Assembly (NCBI GenBank): GCA_963738445.1
Contig: CAVTWS010000008.1
Coordinates: 51,764 to 115,763, forward strand
Length of the DNA stretch: 64,000 nt
Direction: 5' to 3'
DNA from: an uncultured Acidobacteriota bacterium
GTDB taxonomy: Bacteria; Actinomycetota; Acidimicrobiia; Acidimicrobiales; SHLQ01
Shown: one piece after another, positions 9,551 through 17,973 of the stretch
Layout: each line of letters opens with the position of its first letter
Numbering within the stretch: position 1 is the stretch's first letter
Made by a program: the position numbers and the translations under genes
The notes under the pieces: generated by a model
What the model saw: only the letters and a program-made list of their open reading frames with translations
Told to the model about the DNA's origin: nothing
Database searches by the model: none

Positions 9551-11287
9551 TCACGGGGCCGACCTGTCCAGGCCCACGGTGTCCGTGTCCCGTCCCGATC
9601 GGAGGACACGGCCGGGTCGTTCCTCGGTGAAGCGGCCCTCGACGACGATGGCCTCGCCGCCCACAATCACGCGAGCCACACCGACCGACTCGGCGTACAG
9701 GCGCTCCTCACCGCCGGGCAGATCTCGCCGTCCGAGCGCCGGACCGGACGCCACCGTCGCGGGGTCGAACAGGACCAGATCGGCGATGGCGCCGGGTGCG
9801 ATCCGACCCCGGTCCCGCAGCCCGAGCAAGCGGGCCGGGACCTCCGTCATCAACCGCACGGCTTCCTCCAAGGTGAGCAAGCCGCGGCGGCGCACGGCAT
9901 CGCCGAGGACCACGGTCGGATAGTTGGCGTGGCACATCAGATCGCTGTGGGCGCCGGCGTCGGAACCACCGAGCACGACCCGTTCGTCGGACCACACCTC
10001 AGCGCGGACCCGCCAGCCGTCGTCGGAGGCGCCGAGGGAGGGCACGAGCGAGGGCAACATCACCGACAGCGGCAGCCGCTCCGCGACGACGAGATCGAGC
10101 ATGACGTCGATGCCGTCGACGCCGAGCGTGGCGGCCGCGTCGGCCACGCTGAGCCCGACGAACGGTTCGCTCTGCGGGGACCGGGCCTCGGCGATCTCGA
10201 GGAGCTCGTGCCTCGACAGGGTCTGGAGCGGCCCGGTGGCCGTCGCTTCGAGGGCGGCCCGCAGAACGGCGCGGCGGGACGGGTCGGCGAGGGCGGACAT
10301 CCGGCCGGCGTCGTCGAGTGCCATCGTCGCCGCGACCTCCGGCACCGCCTCGATGAGGGTGGCCACCCGGAGCTTCAAGAAGTCCGGCAGGGTGAGGGCC
10401 ACCACTTTGGCGCCCCTCTGCCGGGCGATGTCGCAGGCTTCGAGCTGCTGGAGGTAGATGTCGGTCGGGGACATCGAGCCGAGCAGGTTCCAGTTGAGCG
10501 GGCGACCGGCGGCCAGGGACATGTCCGCCATGAGGTCCATGCGATCGCGCGGCATCTCGCCGACCCACGGGATCATCCCGAGGGTGGTGCCGGGGTGGTG
10601 GCCCACCACCCGGGCGAGGGCGACGAACTCCTCGAACGACGCCGCCCGGGACGGCACGGGGGCGCCGTCGCCGTCGGTGTGCACGTTGTCCGAGCCCGAC
10701 GACAGGCCGAGCGCGCCGACCGTGAGCGACTCGGCCAGGAGGCGTTCCATGGCCGCCAGCTGCACGGCTGTGGCGTGGTCGCGGGTCGCGGCAGCACCCA
10801 TGACGGCCCGCCGCAACGTGGAGTGGCCCACGAGGAATCCGGCGTTGACACCCAGCCCGCCCTCGAGCCGATCGAGGAACGCCCCGAACGTCGTCCAGTC
10901 GATCGGGCATCCGGCCCGGAACGCGCCGAGCGGGATCCCTTCGACGACCGCCATCATGCGCGTGACGTAGTCGGCGTCGCCCTCGGCGACCGGGGCCAGC
11001 GAGAACCCGCAGTTCCCGGCGATGACGGTGGTGACGCCGTGCAGCGGCGACGGGCTGGCGTGCGGGTCCCAGAAGAGCTGGGCGTCGTAGTGGGTGTGGA
11101 TGTCGATGAACCCGGGCGTCAGGGTCAACCCGTCCGCCTCGATCACCGCGGCGTCGGCGGGGAGCGAGGCGGCCGCGGAGGAGCCGATCGCCGCGATGCG
11201 ACCCGCGACGATCGCGACGTCGGCGGCCCGAGCGGGGGCACCAGTGCCGTCGACGACGGTCGCACCCCGGATGAGCGTGTCGGTCAT
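9551..11287 (-). CDS. N-acyl-D-amino-acid deacylase (D-aminoacylase) family amidohydrolase, intact copy
   Basis: The start is taken at MTDTLIRGATVVDGTG (CAT 11285-11287). Motifs PGFIDIHTHYD, GVTTVIAGNCGFS and GGSDAGAH are present. 578 aa. Confidence 0.85.
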   Translation of the reverse strand: MTDTLIRGATVVDGTGAPARAADVAIVAGRIAAIGSSAAASLPADAAVIEADGLTLTPGFIDIHTHYDAQLFWDPHASPSPLHGVTTVIAGNCGFSLAPVAEGDADYVTRMMAVVEGIPLGAFRAGCPIDWTTFGAFLDRLEGGLGVNAGFLVGHSTLRRAVMGAAATRDHATAVQLAAMERLLAESLTVGALGLSSGSDNVHTDGDGAPVPSRAASFEEFVALARVVGHHPGTTLGMIPWVGEMPRDRMDLMADMSLAAGRPLNWNLLGSMSPTDIYLQQLEACDIARQRGAKVVALTLPDFLKLRVATLIEAVPEVAATMALDDAGRMSALADPSRRAVLRAALEATATGPLQTLSRHELLEIAEARSPQSEPFVGLSVADAAATLGVDGIDVMLDLVVAERLPLSVMLPSLVPSLGASDDGWRVRAEVWSDERVVLGGSDAGAHSDLMCHANYPTVVLGDAVRRRGLLTLEEAVRLMTEVPARLLGLRDRGRIAPGAIADLVLFDPATVASGPALGRRDLPGGEERLYAESVGVARVIVGGEAIVVEGRFTEERPGRVLRSGRDTDTVGLDRSAP

Positions 11288-11309
11288 GGGCGGCAGTCTC
11301 GCACCGGAC

Positions 11310-11990
11310 TCAACGGGGCCGCACGAACAGCGCTCGAGCCTCGGCCGTGATCTCACCGTCGTGGCGGATCTCCGCCGATGCGAAGCTCTTGCGTCCCTCA
11401 CCCCGGTCGTATCGGCCGGTGATGAGGAGCGGCTCCCCCACCGGGGTCGGGCGCCGGAAGTCGATCGAGAGGTTGACGGTCATGCCGCCGGCGCCGGAGG
11501 CGTTGACCGCGTGCCCGACCGCTTCGTCGAGCAGCGCGGCCACCAGGCTGCCGTGGGCCCGGCCCGTCGATCCGGCATGAGCCGCCGAGAGCGTGCACGT
11601 GGCGTGCACCTCGACCGGAACCGGCGCCGCACCGGCCGGTGAGGGCGGGGGCACATCCAGGAACAGCATGGGTGGAGCCTGTGGGTTGAGCCGACCTGAT
11701 CCGGCCTGGGTGAGATGCTCGGGACGGCCGTTGGCATGGCGCACGAGCAGGTACGGAGCCGAGCGCCGTTCGGCGTTCAGCCGTTCCGCCAACCTCCCGA
11801 CCTCGGCCGCAACCGCCTGCCGTACGTCGGGGGACGCATCCGTCATCACCGTCGCCTCGACCAACGCCCGGACGGCATCGACGAGCTCGAACGACGCCGG
11901 CGCGACATCGTCGACCAGGGGGAGCCGGTCGCCGAGCTGGCGGGCCAGCTCTCCGGCCGATGCGGGGACGGGGTCGGTCGGTTCGCTCAC
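11310..11990 (-). CDS. PaaI-family (hotdog fold) thioesterase with N-terminal extension
   Basis: The C-terminal half, HGSLVAALLDEAVGHAV...MTVNLSIDFRRPTPVGEPL...GRKSFASAEI, fits the PaaI/4HBT fold. GTG start at 11990. Confidence 0.65.
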   Translation of the reverse strand: MSEPTDPVPASAGELARQLGDRLPLVDDVAPASFELVDAVRALVEATVMTDASPDVRQAVAAEVGRLAERLNAERRSAPYLLVRHANGRPEHLTQAGSGRLNPQAPPMLFLDVPPPSPAGAAPVPVEVHATCTLSAAHAGSTGRAHGSLVAALLDEAVGHAVNASGAGGMTVNLSIDFRRPTPVGEPLLITGRYDRGEGRKSFASAEIRHDGEITAEARALFVRPR

Positions 11991-12011
11991 CGGCTCATCT
12001 TCGCCCGCGTG

Positions 12012-12131
12012 CCACCACCCCTCCGAACTGGGGGCCCCACTGTATGCATCGGGCTACACCCAGGCCCCCAAATCCACCACCCCTCCGAACTGGGGGCCCC
12101 GCTGCATGCGTCGAGCTACACCCAGGCCCCC
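12012..12131. repeat. Tandem repeat of a 62-bp unit, about 2 copies, each able to form a long hairpin
   Basis: Copy 1 is 12012-12073 and copy 2 is 12074-about 12131. The unit is CCACCACCCCTCCGAACTGGGGGCCCC...CCCAGGCCCCCA. In copy 2, AACTGGGGGCC pairs perfectly with GGCCCCCAGTT (11 bp). It lies in the divergent intergenic region. Confidence 0.9.
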
Positions 12132-12172
12132 AGTTTCACGACCTCGGCCACCAGTTTCACGACCTCGGCCAC
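12131..12172. repeat. Tandem repeat of a 21-bp unit, 2 copies
   Basis: CAGTTTCACGACCTCGGCCAC occurs at 12131-12151 and 12152-12172. A third copy begins (CAGT) and then diverges. Confidence 0.9.
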
Positions 12173-12235
12173 CAGTGGCGTGACCGTGGGCGCCAGCCGC
12201 GGCCAGACTGGCGCATTCGACGGCCGGGGGACGAC

Positions 12236-13426
12236 ATGACCGACGACGAGCAGGCCGTGGTCGCCTGGCGAGCGTTCTGCGAGCAGTTGGCCCGAACCGG
12301 TGAGCAGCTCCTCGATGACTCCTTCGCCGCCGGCGGCGACGATCGGGCCGAGGGGGTGCACCATCTGGCCAACCAGGTGGCGTGCTGGCTCACCTACGGC
12401 TTGGGTTCGGCGGACCCGGAGCGACCCTTCTTCTTCCGCAGCAGCGATCCGAACTACGCGTGGGGAGGTCCGAACGTCGACCAGGTTGCGCGGCGGGCCC
12501 AGATCGTCGGCTCCGGCTGCTATCGGGTCAGCGGCCGCATGGGCGCGTGCGAGGAGTTCGTCGTCCAGATCAAGACCGGTGCCGCCCAGACGGGTGGCGC
12601 CGATGTCGCGCTCGAGATCTACGCCTCCGAGCTCGGAGTGGGACCGGGCGACGACTTCTCGTTCGTGCTCACGCCCGACGGGGTGGAGGCGACCGCCCGA
12701 CCCGGAGAACCGAACTTTCCGCTCGACCCCACCGCAACGTTCGTCCACGTGCGGGACTACTACTACGACTGGCGCCCGACCGAACCGGCCACGTTCGTCA
12801 TCGACCGGCTCGACCCGGTGCCGGTACCGGGGCCGACGACCCCCGCTTCGGTCGCCCGGATGCTCGACGTGGCGGGCGCCCAGATCGAGCACTCGATGGG
12901 ATTCTGGCGCGACTACCAGGAACGTCTGCGGGCCCAGCAGACCGTGAACGAGTTCGGCGCGCCGGCCTTCAACGCCCGGGGCGTGCAGGACATCATGTAC
13001 AGCCACGTCTTCGTCCGCCTCGGCGACGGCGAGGGGATGATCGTGACGCTCGATCCCGCCGATGCCGAGATCTGGGGCATGGGCCTCTACAACCGGGTCT
13101 GGTACGAACCGCTCGACCACGTGCACCGCCTCGGCAGCCTCAACCACCGCCAGGTGGTCGCCGATCCGGACGGTCTGGTGCGAGTCGTGATCGCCGGGTC
13201 GGATCCCGGGACGGCCAACTGGCTCGACTCCCAGGGACGGGCCGAGATCCTCGCGACCGTGCGGTGGCTCCGGCCGCCCTCACCGCCGTCGATCACCGCG
13301 GCGATCAGCTCGATCGACGAGCTTGCGTCCCGGCTCCCGGACTCCCACCCGACGGTGACCGAGACCGACCGCCGGTCCATCATTCGTGCCCGCGCCGCCC
13401 ACGCCGGTTGGCGCTACCGCACATGA
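12236..13426 (+). CDS. Conserved hypothetical protein (possibly DUF1214-like)
   Basis: The start is taken at MTDDEQAVVAW (ATG 12236) within ORF 11960..13426. The upstream part of that ORF runs through the tandem repeats. ...GTANWLDSQGRAEILATVRW... is reminiscent of the DUF1214 family, from memory only. Confidence 0.5.
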   Translation: MTDDEQAVVAWRAFCEQLARTGEQLLDDSFAAGGDDRAEGVHHLANQVACWLTYGLGSADPERPFFFRSSDPNYAWGGPNVDQVARRAQIVGSGCYRVSGRMGACEEFVVQIKTGAAQTGGADVALEIYASELGVGPGDDFSFVLTPDGVEATARPGEPNFPLDPTATFVHVRDYYYDWRPTEPATFVIDRLDPVPVPGPTTPASVARMLDVAGAQIEHSMGFWRDYQERLRAQQTVNEFGAPAFNARGVQDIMYSHVFVRLGDGEGMIVTLDPADAEIWGMGLYNRVWYEPLDHVHRLGSLNHRQVVADPDGLVRVVIAGSDPGTANWLDSQGRAEILATVRWLRPPSPPSITAAISSIDELASRLPDSHPTVTETDRRSIIRARAAHAGWRYRT

Positions 13427-13427
13427 T

Positions 13428-13476
13428 CGACCAGACACCTCGACCGACCCAGACATCTCGACCCACCCAGACACAC
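13428..13476. repeat. Short imperfect tandem repeat of an approximately 18-bp unit
   Basis: The copies read CGACC-AGACACCT / CGACCGACCCAGACATCT / CGACCCACCCAGACACAC. They lie between a gene stop (13426) and the next start (13502). Confidence 0.7.
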
Positions 13477-13501
13477 CGATCGACCGAGCACAGGAGCTCT
13501 C

Positions 13502-14285
13502 ATGACCGATCAGCTGATCGACGGCACGCTCACCGATCGAGTCGTCATCGTGACCGGAGGCTCGAAGGGCATCGGGCGAGGGCTGGCCCACTACCTCGGC
13601 TCGATCCGGGGCCAAGGTCGTCGTGACGGCGCGCCGGGCGCCCGCCCTGGAACAGATCTCAGCCGAGCTCGACGAGCTCGGGGTGGACCACTTGGCTCGA
13701 CCGCTCAACGCCGCCGATCGTGACGGCGCGTTCGAGCTGGTCGAGAAGACCGTGGAGACGTTCGGACGGATCGACGGGCTGGTCGCCAACGCCCAGACCT
13801 TCCGGCCGGTGACACCGCTGGAGGATGTCCGCGGCAGCGACATCGACACGACGGTCGACACCGGCCCGAAGGGAACGCTGTGGGCGATGCAGGCCGTCGT
13901 GCCCCATTTCCGTGCGCAGGGCAAGGGCCGGATCATCACCCTGGGCTCCAACGCCGGGATCAACGGCGCCGCCGGGTACGGGCCCTACGCAATGGCCAAG
14001 GAGGCGATCCGCGCCCTGACCCGGGTCGCCGCCCGCGAATGGGGCCGCGACGGCATCACGGTCAACTGCGTGTGCCCCGTGTCCGTCGCCCACCGAGCGC
14101 CGGTGACCGACGACGGCGCTCGGGCCGAGGTGTTCCGGGCCGCGTTCGACGACATGCCGCTCGGCCGCGACGGCGATGCCCTCGACGACATCGCACCCGT
14201 CATGGCGTTCCTGCTGTCGGACGCCTCGCAGTACATCACCGGCCAGACGTTCATGGTCGACGGCGGCGCCATCCTGCGGCCCTGA
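13502..14285 (+). pseudogene. SDR-family oxidoreductase with one apparent frameshift near 13590-13600
   Basis: The N-terminus VVIVTGGSKGIGRGLAHYLG is in frame 2 (ORF 13502..13723). The remainder, ...SGAKVVVTARRAPALEQ...NAGINGAAGYGPYAMAKEA...FMVDGG, is in frame 3 (ORF 13623..14285). One indel restores a full SDR. Confidence 0.75.
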
Positions 14286-14313
14286 CCTCCGGCTCGGCCG
14301 TAGGCTCACTCCC

Positions 14314-15651
14314 ATGCCTGCGGACACGCTGACCGGCGACACCATCGCCCTCGTCCAGCAGGCGATCCGCAACGCCTGTGTGAACGACGGCGACGAATCC
14401 TCGGGTCAGGAAGTTCGGACCAGCGACCTGCTGGAGGGCTACCTGGAAGGGTCCGGGCTCGACCTCGCCCACGTGGAACCCACGCCCGGGCGGCGGTCCC
14501 TGATCACCCGCATCGAGGGCACCGACCCGACCGCACCATCGCTCTGCCTGCTCGGCCACACCGATGTCGTACCGGCCAATCCCGCCGGGTGGCGTCACGA
14601 CCCGTACGGCGGCGAGGTCATCGACGGGGAGCTCTGGGGCCGCGGCTCGCTCGACATGCTCAACATGACGTGCTCGATGGCCGTGACCATGCGGGAGCTG
14701 GCGCGCCGCCGTCACCGCCCCCGCGGCACGATCATCTACATCGCCGTGGCCGATGAGGAGGCCGGAGGGCATCGAGGCGCCCGCCACCTCCTCGCCCACG
14801 AAGCCGACCACGTGTCGTGTGACTACCTGATCACCGAGTCCGGAGGGCTCACCCTGTCCGACCATGCGGGACCGCGGCTCACCATCACGGTCGGCGAGAA
14901 GGGCACGTCGTGGCGACGCCTGCGGGTACGCGGCACGCCGGCGCACGGCTCGATGCCCTACGGCGCGGACAACGCCGTCGTGGTGGCCGCCGAAGTGGTG
15001 CGACGATTGGCCGCCTACCGGCCCGGCTCGGTCGTCGACGACGTGTGGCGCCAATATGCGGACGCGCTCGATCTGCCCCCGGACCTGATCACCCGCCTTC
15101 AGGACCCGGCGCTCGTCGACGAAGCGCTCGCGATCCTTCCCGATCTGGGCACCGCGAAGTTCGCCCACGCCTGCACGCACACCACCTTCTCCCCGAACGT
15201 CGTGCACGGCGGGCTCGCCACCAACGTCATCCCCGACGAGGTGACGGTCGACGTCGACATCCGCACCCTGCCGGGCCAGAACCGGGCCACGGTCGACCTC
15301 ATGCTCGCCGAAGCCCTCGGCCCCGAGCTGGCCCGGCGGGTCGAGGTCGAGCTCATCAACGAGAACGACCCCACGATCTCGCCTGTCGACACCCCGCTGT
15401 ACCGGCTGCTCGGCGACATCGCCCGCCGCTTCCACCCGGAGGCCTCACTCGTCCCCCGTATGACCGCCGGCGGCACCGACGCCGCGTTCTTCCGCCGAGC
15501 CGGTACGGTCGCCTACGGGTTCGGCCTCTTCAGCCGTCAGGTCACCCCGAGCGAGTTCGCCTCGCGGTTCCACGGCAACGACGAGCGCATCGACCTCGAG
15601 TCGCTCCGGCTCACCACCGAGGCCTGGCTCGCCCTGGCCGAGCAATGGTGA
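14314..15651 (+). CDS. M20/M25/M40-family metallopeptidase / deacylase
   Basis: The start is at MPADTLTGDTIALVQQAI (ATG 14314). Motifs LLGHTDVVPA and VADEEAGG are present. 446 aa. Confidence 0.8.
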   Translation: MPADTLTGDTIALVQQAIRNACVNDGDESSGQEVRTSDLLEGYLEGSGLDLAHVEPTPGRRSLITRIEGTDPTAPSLCLLGHTDVVPANPAGWRHDPYGGEVIDGELWGRGSLDMLNMTCSMAVTMRELARRRHRPRGTIIYIAVADEEAGGHRGARHLLAHEADHVSCDYLITESGGLTLSDHAGPRLTITVGEKGTSWRRLRVRGTPAHGSMPYGADNAVVVAAEVVRRLAAYRPGSVVDDVWRQYADALDLPPDLITRLQDPALVDEALAILPDLGTAKFAHACTHTTFSPNVVHGGLATNVIPDEVTVDVDIRTLPGQNRATVDLMLAEALGPELARRVEVELINENDPTISPVDTPLYRLLGDIARRFHPEASLVPRMTAGGTDAAFFRRAGTVAYGFGLFSRQVTPSEFASRFHGNDERIDLESLRLTTEAWLALAEQW

Positions 15652-15686
15652 TCGAGGCCTGGCTCGCCCTGGCCGAGCAATGGTGA
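15619..15686. repeat. 35-bp tandem duplication of the M20 gene 3' end, including its stop codon
   Basis: GAGGCCTGGCTCGCCCTGGCCGAGCAATGGTGA(TC) occurs at 15619-15653 and again at 15654-15686. The peptide EAWLALAEQW plus stop is therefore encoded twice. Confidence 0.9.
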
Positions 15687-15748
15687 GCCACCACCGGTAG
15701 GTCCAACGACTCGTACAGACCGGTCGTCGGGCCGACGATAACTCCGCC

Positions 15749-17905
15749 ATGGAGCCACCATCGACGTTCGAGCTGGTGGCGCGGGCCTTCAACCGCAACG
15801 ACGGGCACCGGATGGGCCTCCGGGTCATCTGCCTGATCGGGCTCGCCACCATCTGCCTGATGTTCGATGACGTCGGGCGCCACCGCGTCGCCCTCGCGGT
15901 GGCCATGATCGTGGCGATTCCGTTGCCGTTCGTGATCCACCGGTATCTCGAAGGTCGCGCCCAGTTGCTCGCCCACAGCTGGTTCGACGTGTTGGTCACG
16001 GGTGGACTGGTGTGGCTGGCCCCCGATCAGTGGTTCGCGGCGCTCGCCATCGTCATCGCCGCGCCGGCCGCGTCGGCCGCGATCACCGGCAAACGTCAGT
16101 ACGTCACCTTGGAAGCCACGGGGCTCGGACTCATGGCCTTGGCGGCGGTGGGCAGCGGGGTCGAGGGCTGGTTCGTCACGTGGTCGGTGGCCGTGCTGCT
16201 CATGCCGCTCATTGCCTCCTACGTCGAGGTGTTCCTGACGTACGAGCGAACCGCGTCGTCGCACCTCACCGACCTGCTGGAGTCGTCCTCGGTGATGATG
16301 TGGGAGATCGATGCGGACACCGGCACCATCCTCACCACGGCGGGACGGGTGACGGAGCTCCTCGGATGGGCACCCGGGGAATGGCGAGGTGCGGACGTCC
16401 GGACCATCATCCATCCTGACGATCTGGCCACGATGGCGCCGCTCACCCAACTCGAGGTCGGTGAATCGACGATCCACCAGAGTCGCTTCCGACACCGCGA
16501 CGGTCGCTACGTCTGGCTGCGGCTCCACGCCCGAGCGATCGGCGAACCGGGCCGACGCCTGCTCCGCGGTGTCGCCATCGAGGTGACGGAGCTGGTCGAC
16601 GCCCACGATCAGATGCGACGGAAGGCCGAGGTGGACGAGTTGACCGGGCTCGCCAACCGCTCGGCGTTCCTGGCCGACGTTCGGCAGCGGCTCCGGGAGA
16701 ACCGCAGGAGCGCCCTGCTGCTGCTGGACCTCGACCGCTTCAAGCAGGTGAACGACACCCTGGGCCACCAGACGGGGGATCTCCTCCTCCAGGAGGTCGG
16801 GCGCCGCCTGGCCGCGCTGATGCCGGCCCCGGCGAAGGTCGCTCGCCTGGGCGGCGACGAGTTCGCCGTCCTGTTCGATGTCGAGGCCGGGCTCGACGTC
16901 GTCCACGAGACGATGGGCCGGATCTCCATGGCCTGCGAACGACCCATGACCGTTGACGGCATGGAGCTCACCGGGTCCGCGTCGATCGGTGTCGCGCTCA
17001 CTCCCGAGCACGGAGTCGATGCCGCCGACCTGCTCCGGCGAGCCGACGTTGCGATGTACGCGGCGAAACGCGAGCGGCGTCCCCACCACATCTTCGACTT
17101 CCGCCGCGACGAGCAGGTCGTCCAGCGGCTCTCGCTCATCAACGAGATCGAGACGGCGCTCGCCAACCAGGAGCTGCGCCTCTGGTTCCAGCCCAAGGTC
17201 GACCTGGCCACAGGCGCCACGATCGGCGCCGAGGGCCTGCTGCGCTGGAACCATCCGCAGCGGGGAATCCTGACGCCCGACCAGTTCCTCGAGGTGACTG
17301 AGATGTCGCGTCACCTCCGAGCCCTCACCGAGCACGTCGTCGACCAGGGCATCGCGTTCGCGCGCCGGTGCGCCGACATCGGTCAACCGATCGGCGTCGC
17401 GGTCAACGTGTCGGTCAGGAACCTGCTCGAACCCGACTTCACCGAGCGCCTGGCCGCCGCACTCGACCGGCACGGCGTCGAACCGGGCCGGCTCACCATC
17501 GAGGTCACCGAGCGGGAGATCATGGACGACCGGAGCCTGAACCGGGTCGACGCGGCAACGATCCGTCAGCTCGGCGTCGGCCTGTCGGTCGACGACTTCG
17601 GAACCGGACACTCGTCGCTGGTGCGCATCCAGCAGCTGCCCGTCAGCGAGATCAAGATCGACCGTCGGTTCGTGTCCGGACTCGGCCGAGATCCATCCAG
17701 CCCGATCCTCATCCGATCGATCATCGACCTCGGTCGCAATCTGGGCCACACGATCGTCGCCGAAGGGGTGGAGCGAGAGCTCGAGGCCGACCTGCTGCGG
17801 GGCATGGGATGCGACGTCGCCCAGGGCCACCTGTACGCGCCGGCGATGCCGGATGAACAGTTCATCGCCGTCCTGGGAGGGCATCGATCAACGCCGGTAA
17901 CCTGA
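15749..17905 (+). CDS. Membrane-anchored PAS-GGDEF-EAL signalling protein (c-di-GMP turnover)
   Basis: The N-terminus has TM helices. A PAS-like segment follows (MMWEIDADTGTILT...). The GGDEF domain reads RLGGDEFAVLF. The EAL domain has ELRLWFQPKV, EVTEREIM, DDFGTGHSSL and KIDRRF. Confidence 0.9.
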   Translation: MEPPSTFELVARAFNRNDGHRMGLRVICLIGLATICLMFDDVGRHRVALAVAMIVAIPLPFVIHRYLEGRAQLLAHSWFDVLVTGGLVWLAPDQWFAALAIVIAAPAASAAITGKRQYVTLEATGLGLMALAAVGSGVEGWFVTWSVAVLLMPLIASYVEVFLTYERTASSHLTDLLESSSVMMWEIDADTGTILTTAGRVTELLGWAPGEWRGADVRTIIHPDDLATMAPLTQLEVGESTIHQSRFRHRDGRYVWLRLHARAIGEPGRRLLRGVAIEVTELVDAHDQMRRKAEVDELTGLANRSAFLADVRQRLRENRRSALLLLDLDRFKQVNDTLGHQTGDLLLQEVGRRLAALMPAPAKVARLGGDEFAVLFDVEAGLDVVHETMGRISMACERPMTVDGMELTGSASIGVALTPEHGVDAADLLRRADVAMYAAKRERRPHHIFDFRRDEQVVQRLSLINEIETALANQELRLWFQPKVDLATGATIGAEGLLRWNHPQRGILTPDQFLEVTEMSRHLRALTEHVVDQGIAFARRCADIGQPIGVAVNVSVRNLLEPDFTERLAAALDRHGVEPGRLTIEVTEREIMDDRSLNRVDAATIRQLGVGLSVDDFGTGHSSLVRIQQLPVSEIKIDRRFVSGLGRDPSSPILIRSIIDLGRNLGHTIVAEGVERELEADLLRGMGCDVAQGHLYAPAMPDEQFIAVLGGHRSTPVT

Positions 17906-17914
17906 CGCGCGGGG

Positions 17915-17930
17915 CCTGTGGGACCACAGG
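17915..17930 (+). terminator. Short hairpin downstream of the GGDEF-EAL gene
   Basis: CCTGTGG-GA-CCACAGG is an inverted repeat 10 nt after the stop. There is no U-tract. Confidence 0.2.
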
Positions 17931-17973
17931 CATGCGATCCGTTGGTGGCCACCGACATCGCCGGAGGTAGATC

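Noticed and set aside
11987-11998. A three-codon uORF (ATG AGC CGG TGA) overlapping the thioesterase GTG start, read as a regulatory leader peptide.
   Set aside because: It is too short and unsupported to call on its own, and could be chance in this context. It is mentioned only within the 12-kb repeat finding.
15611-17884. Very long ORFs antisense to, or out of frame with, clearly assignable genes. Examples are 15611..17884 minus (757 aa), 9173..11350 plus (725 aa), 36150..37526 minus, 20268..21842 minus, 43504..45258 plus, 50809..52374 minus and 62416..63681 minus.
   Set aside because: Their translations are Arg/Gly/Pro/Ala-rich low-complexity strings typical of stop-poor frames in roughly 70% GC DNA. 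In each case the overlapping frame carries strong family motifs, so these are not counted as genes.
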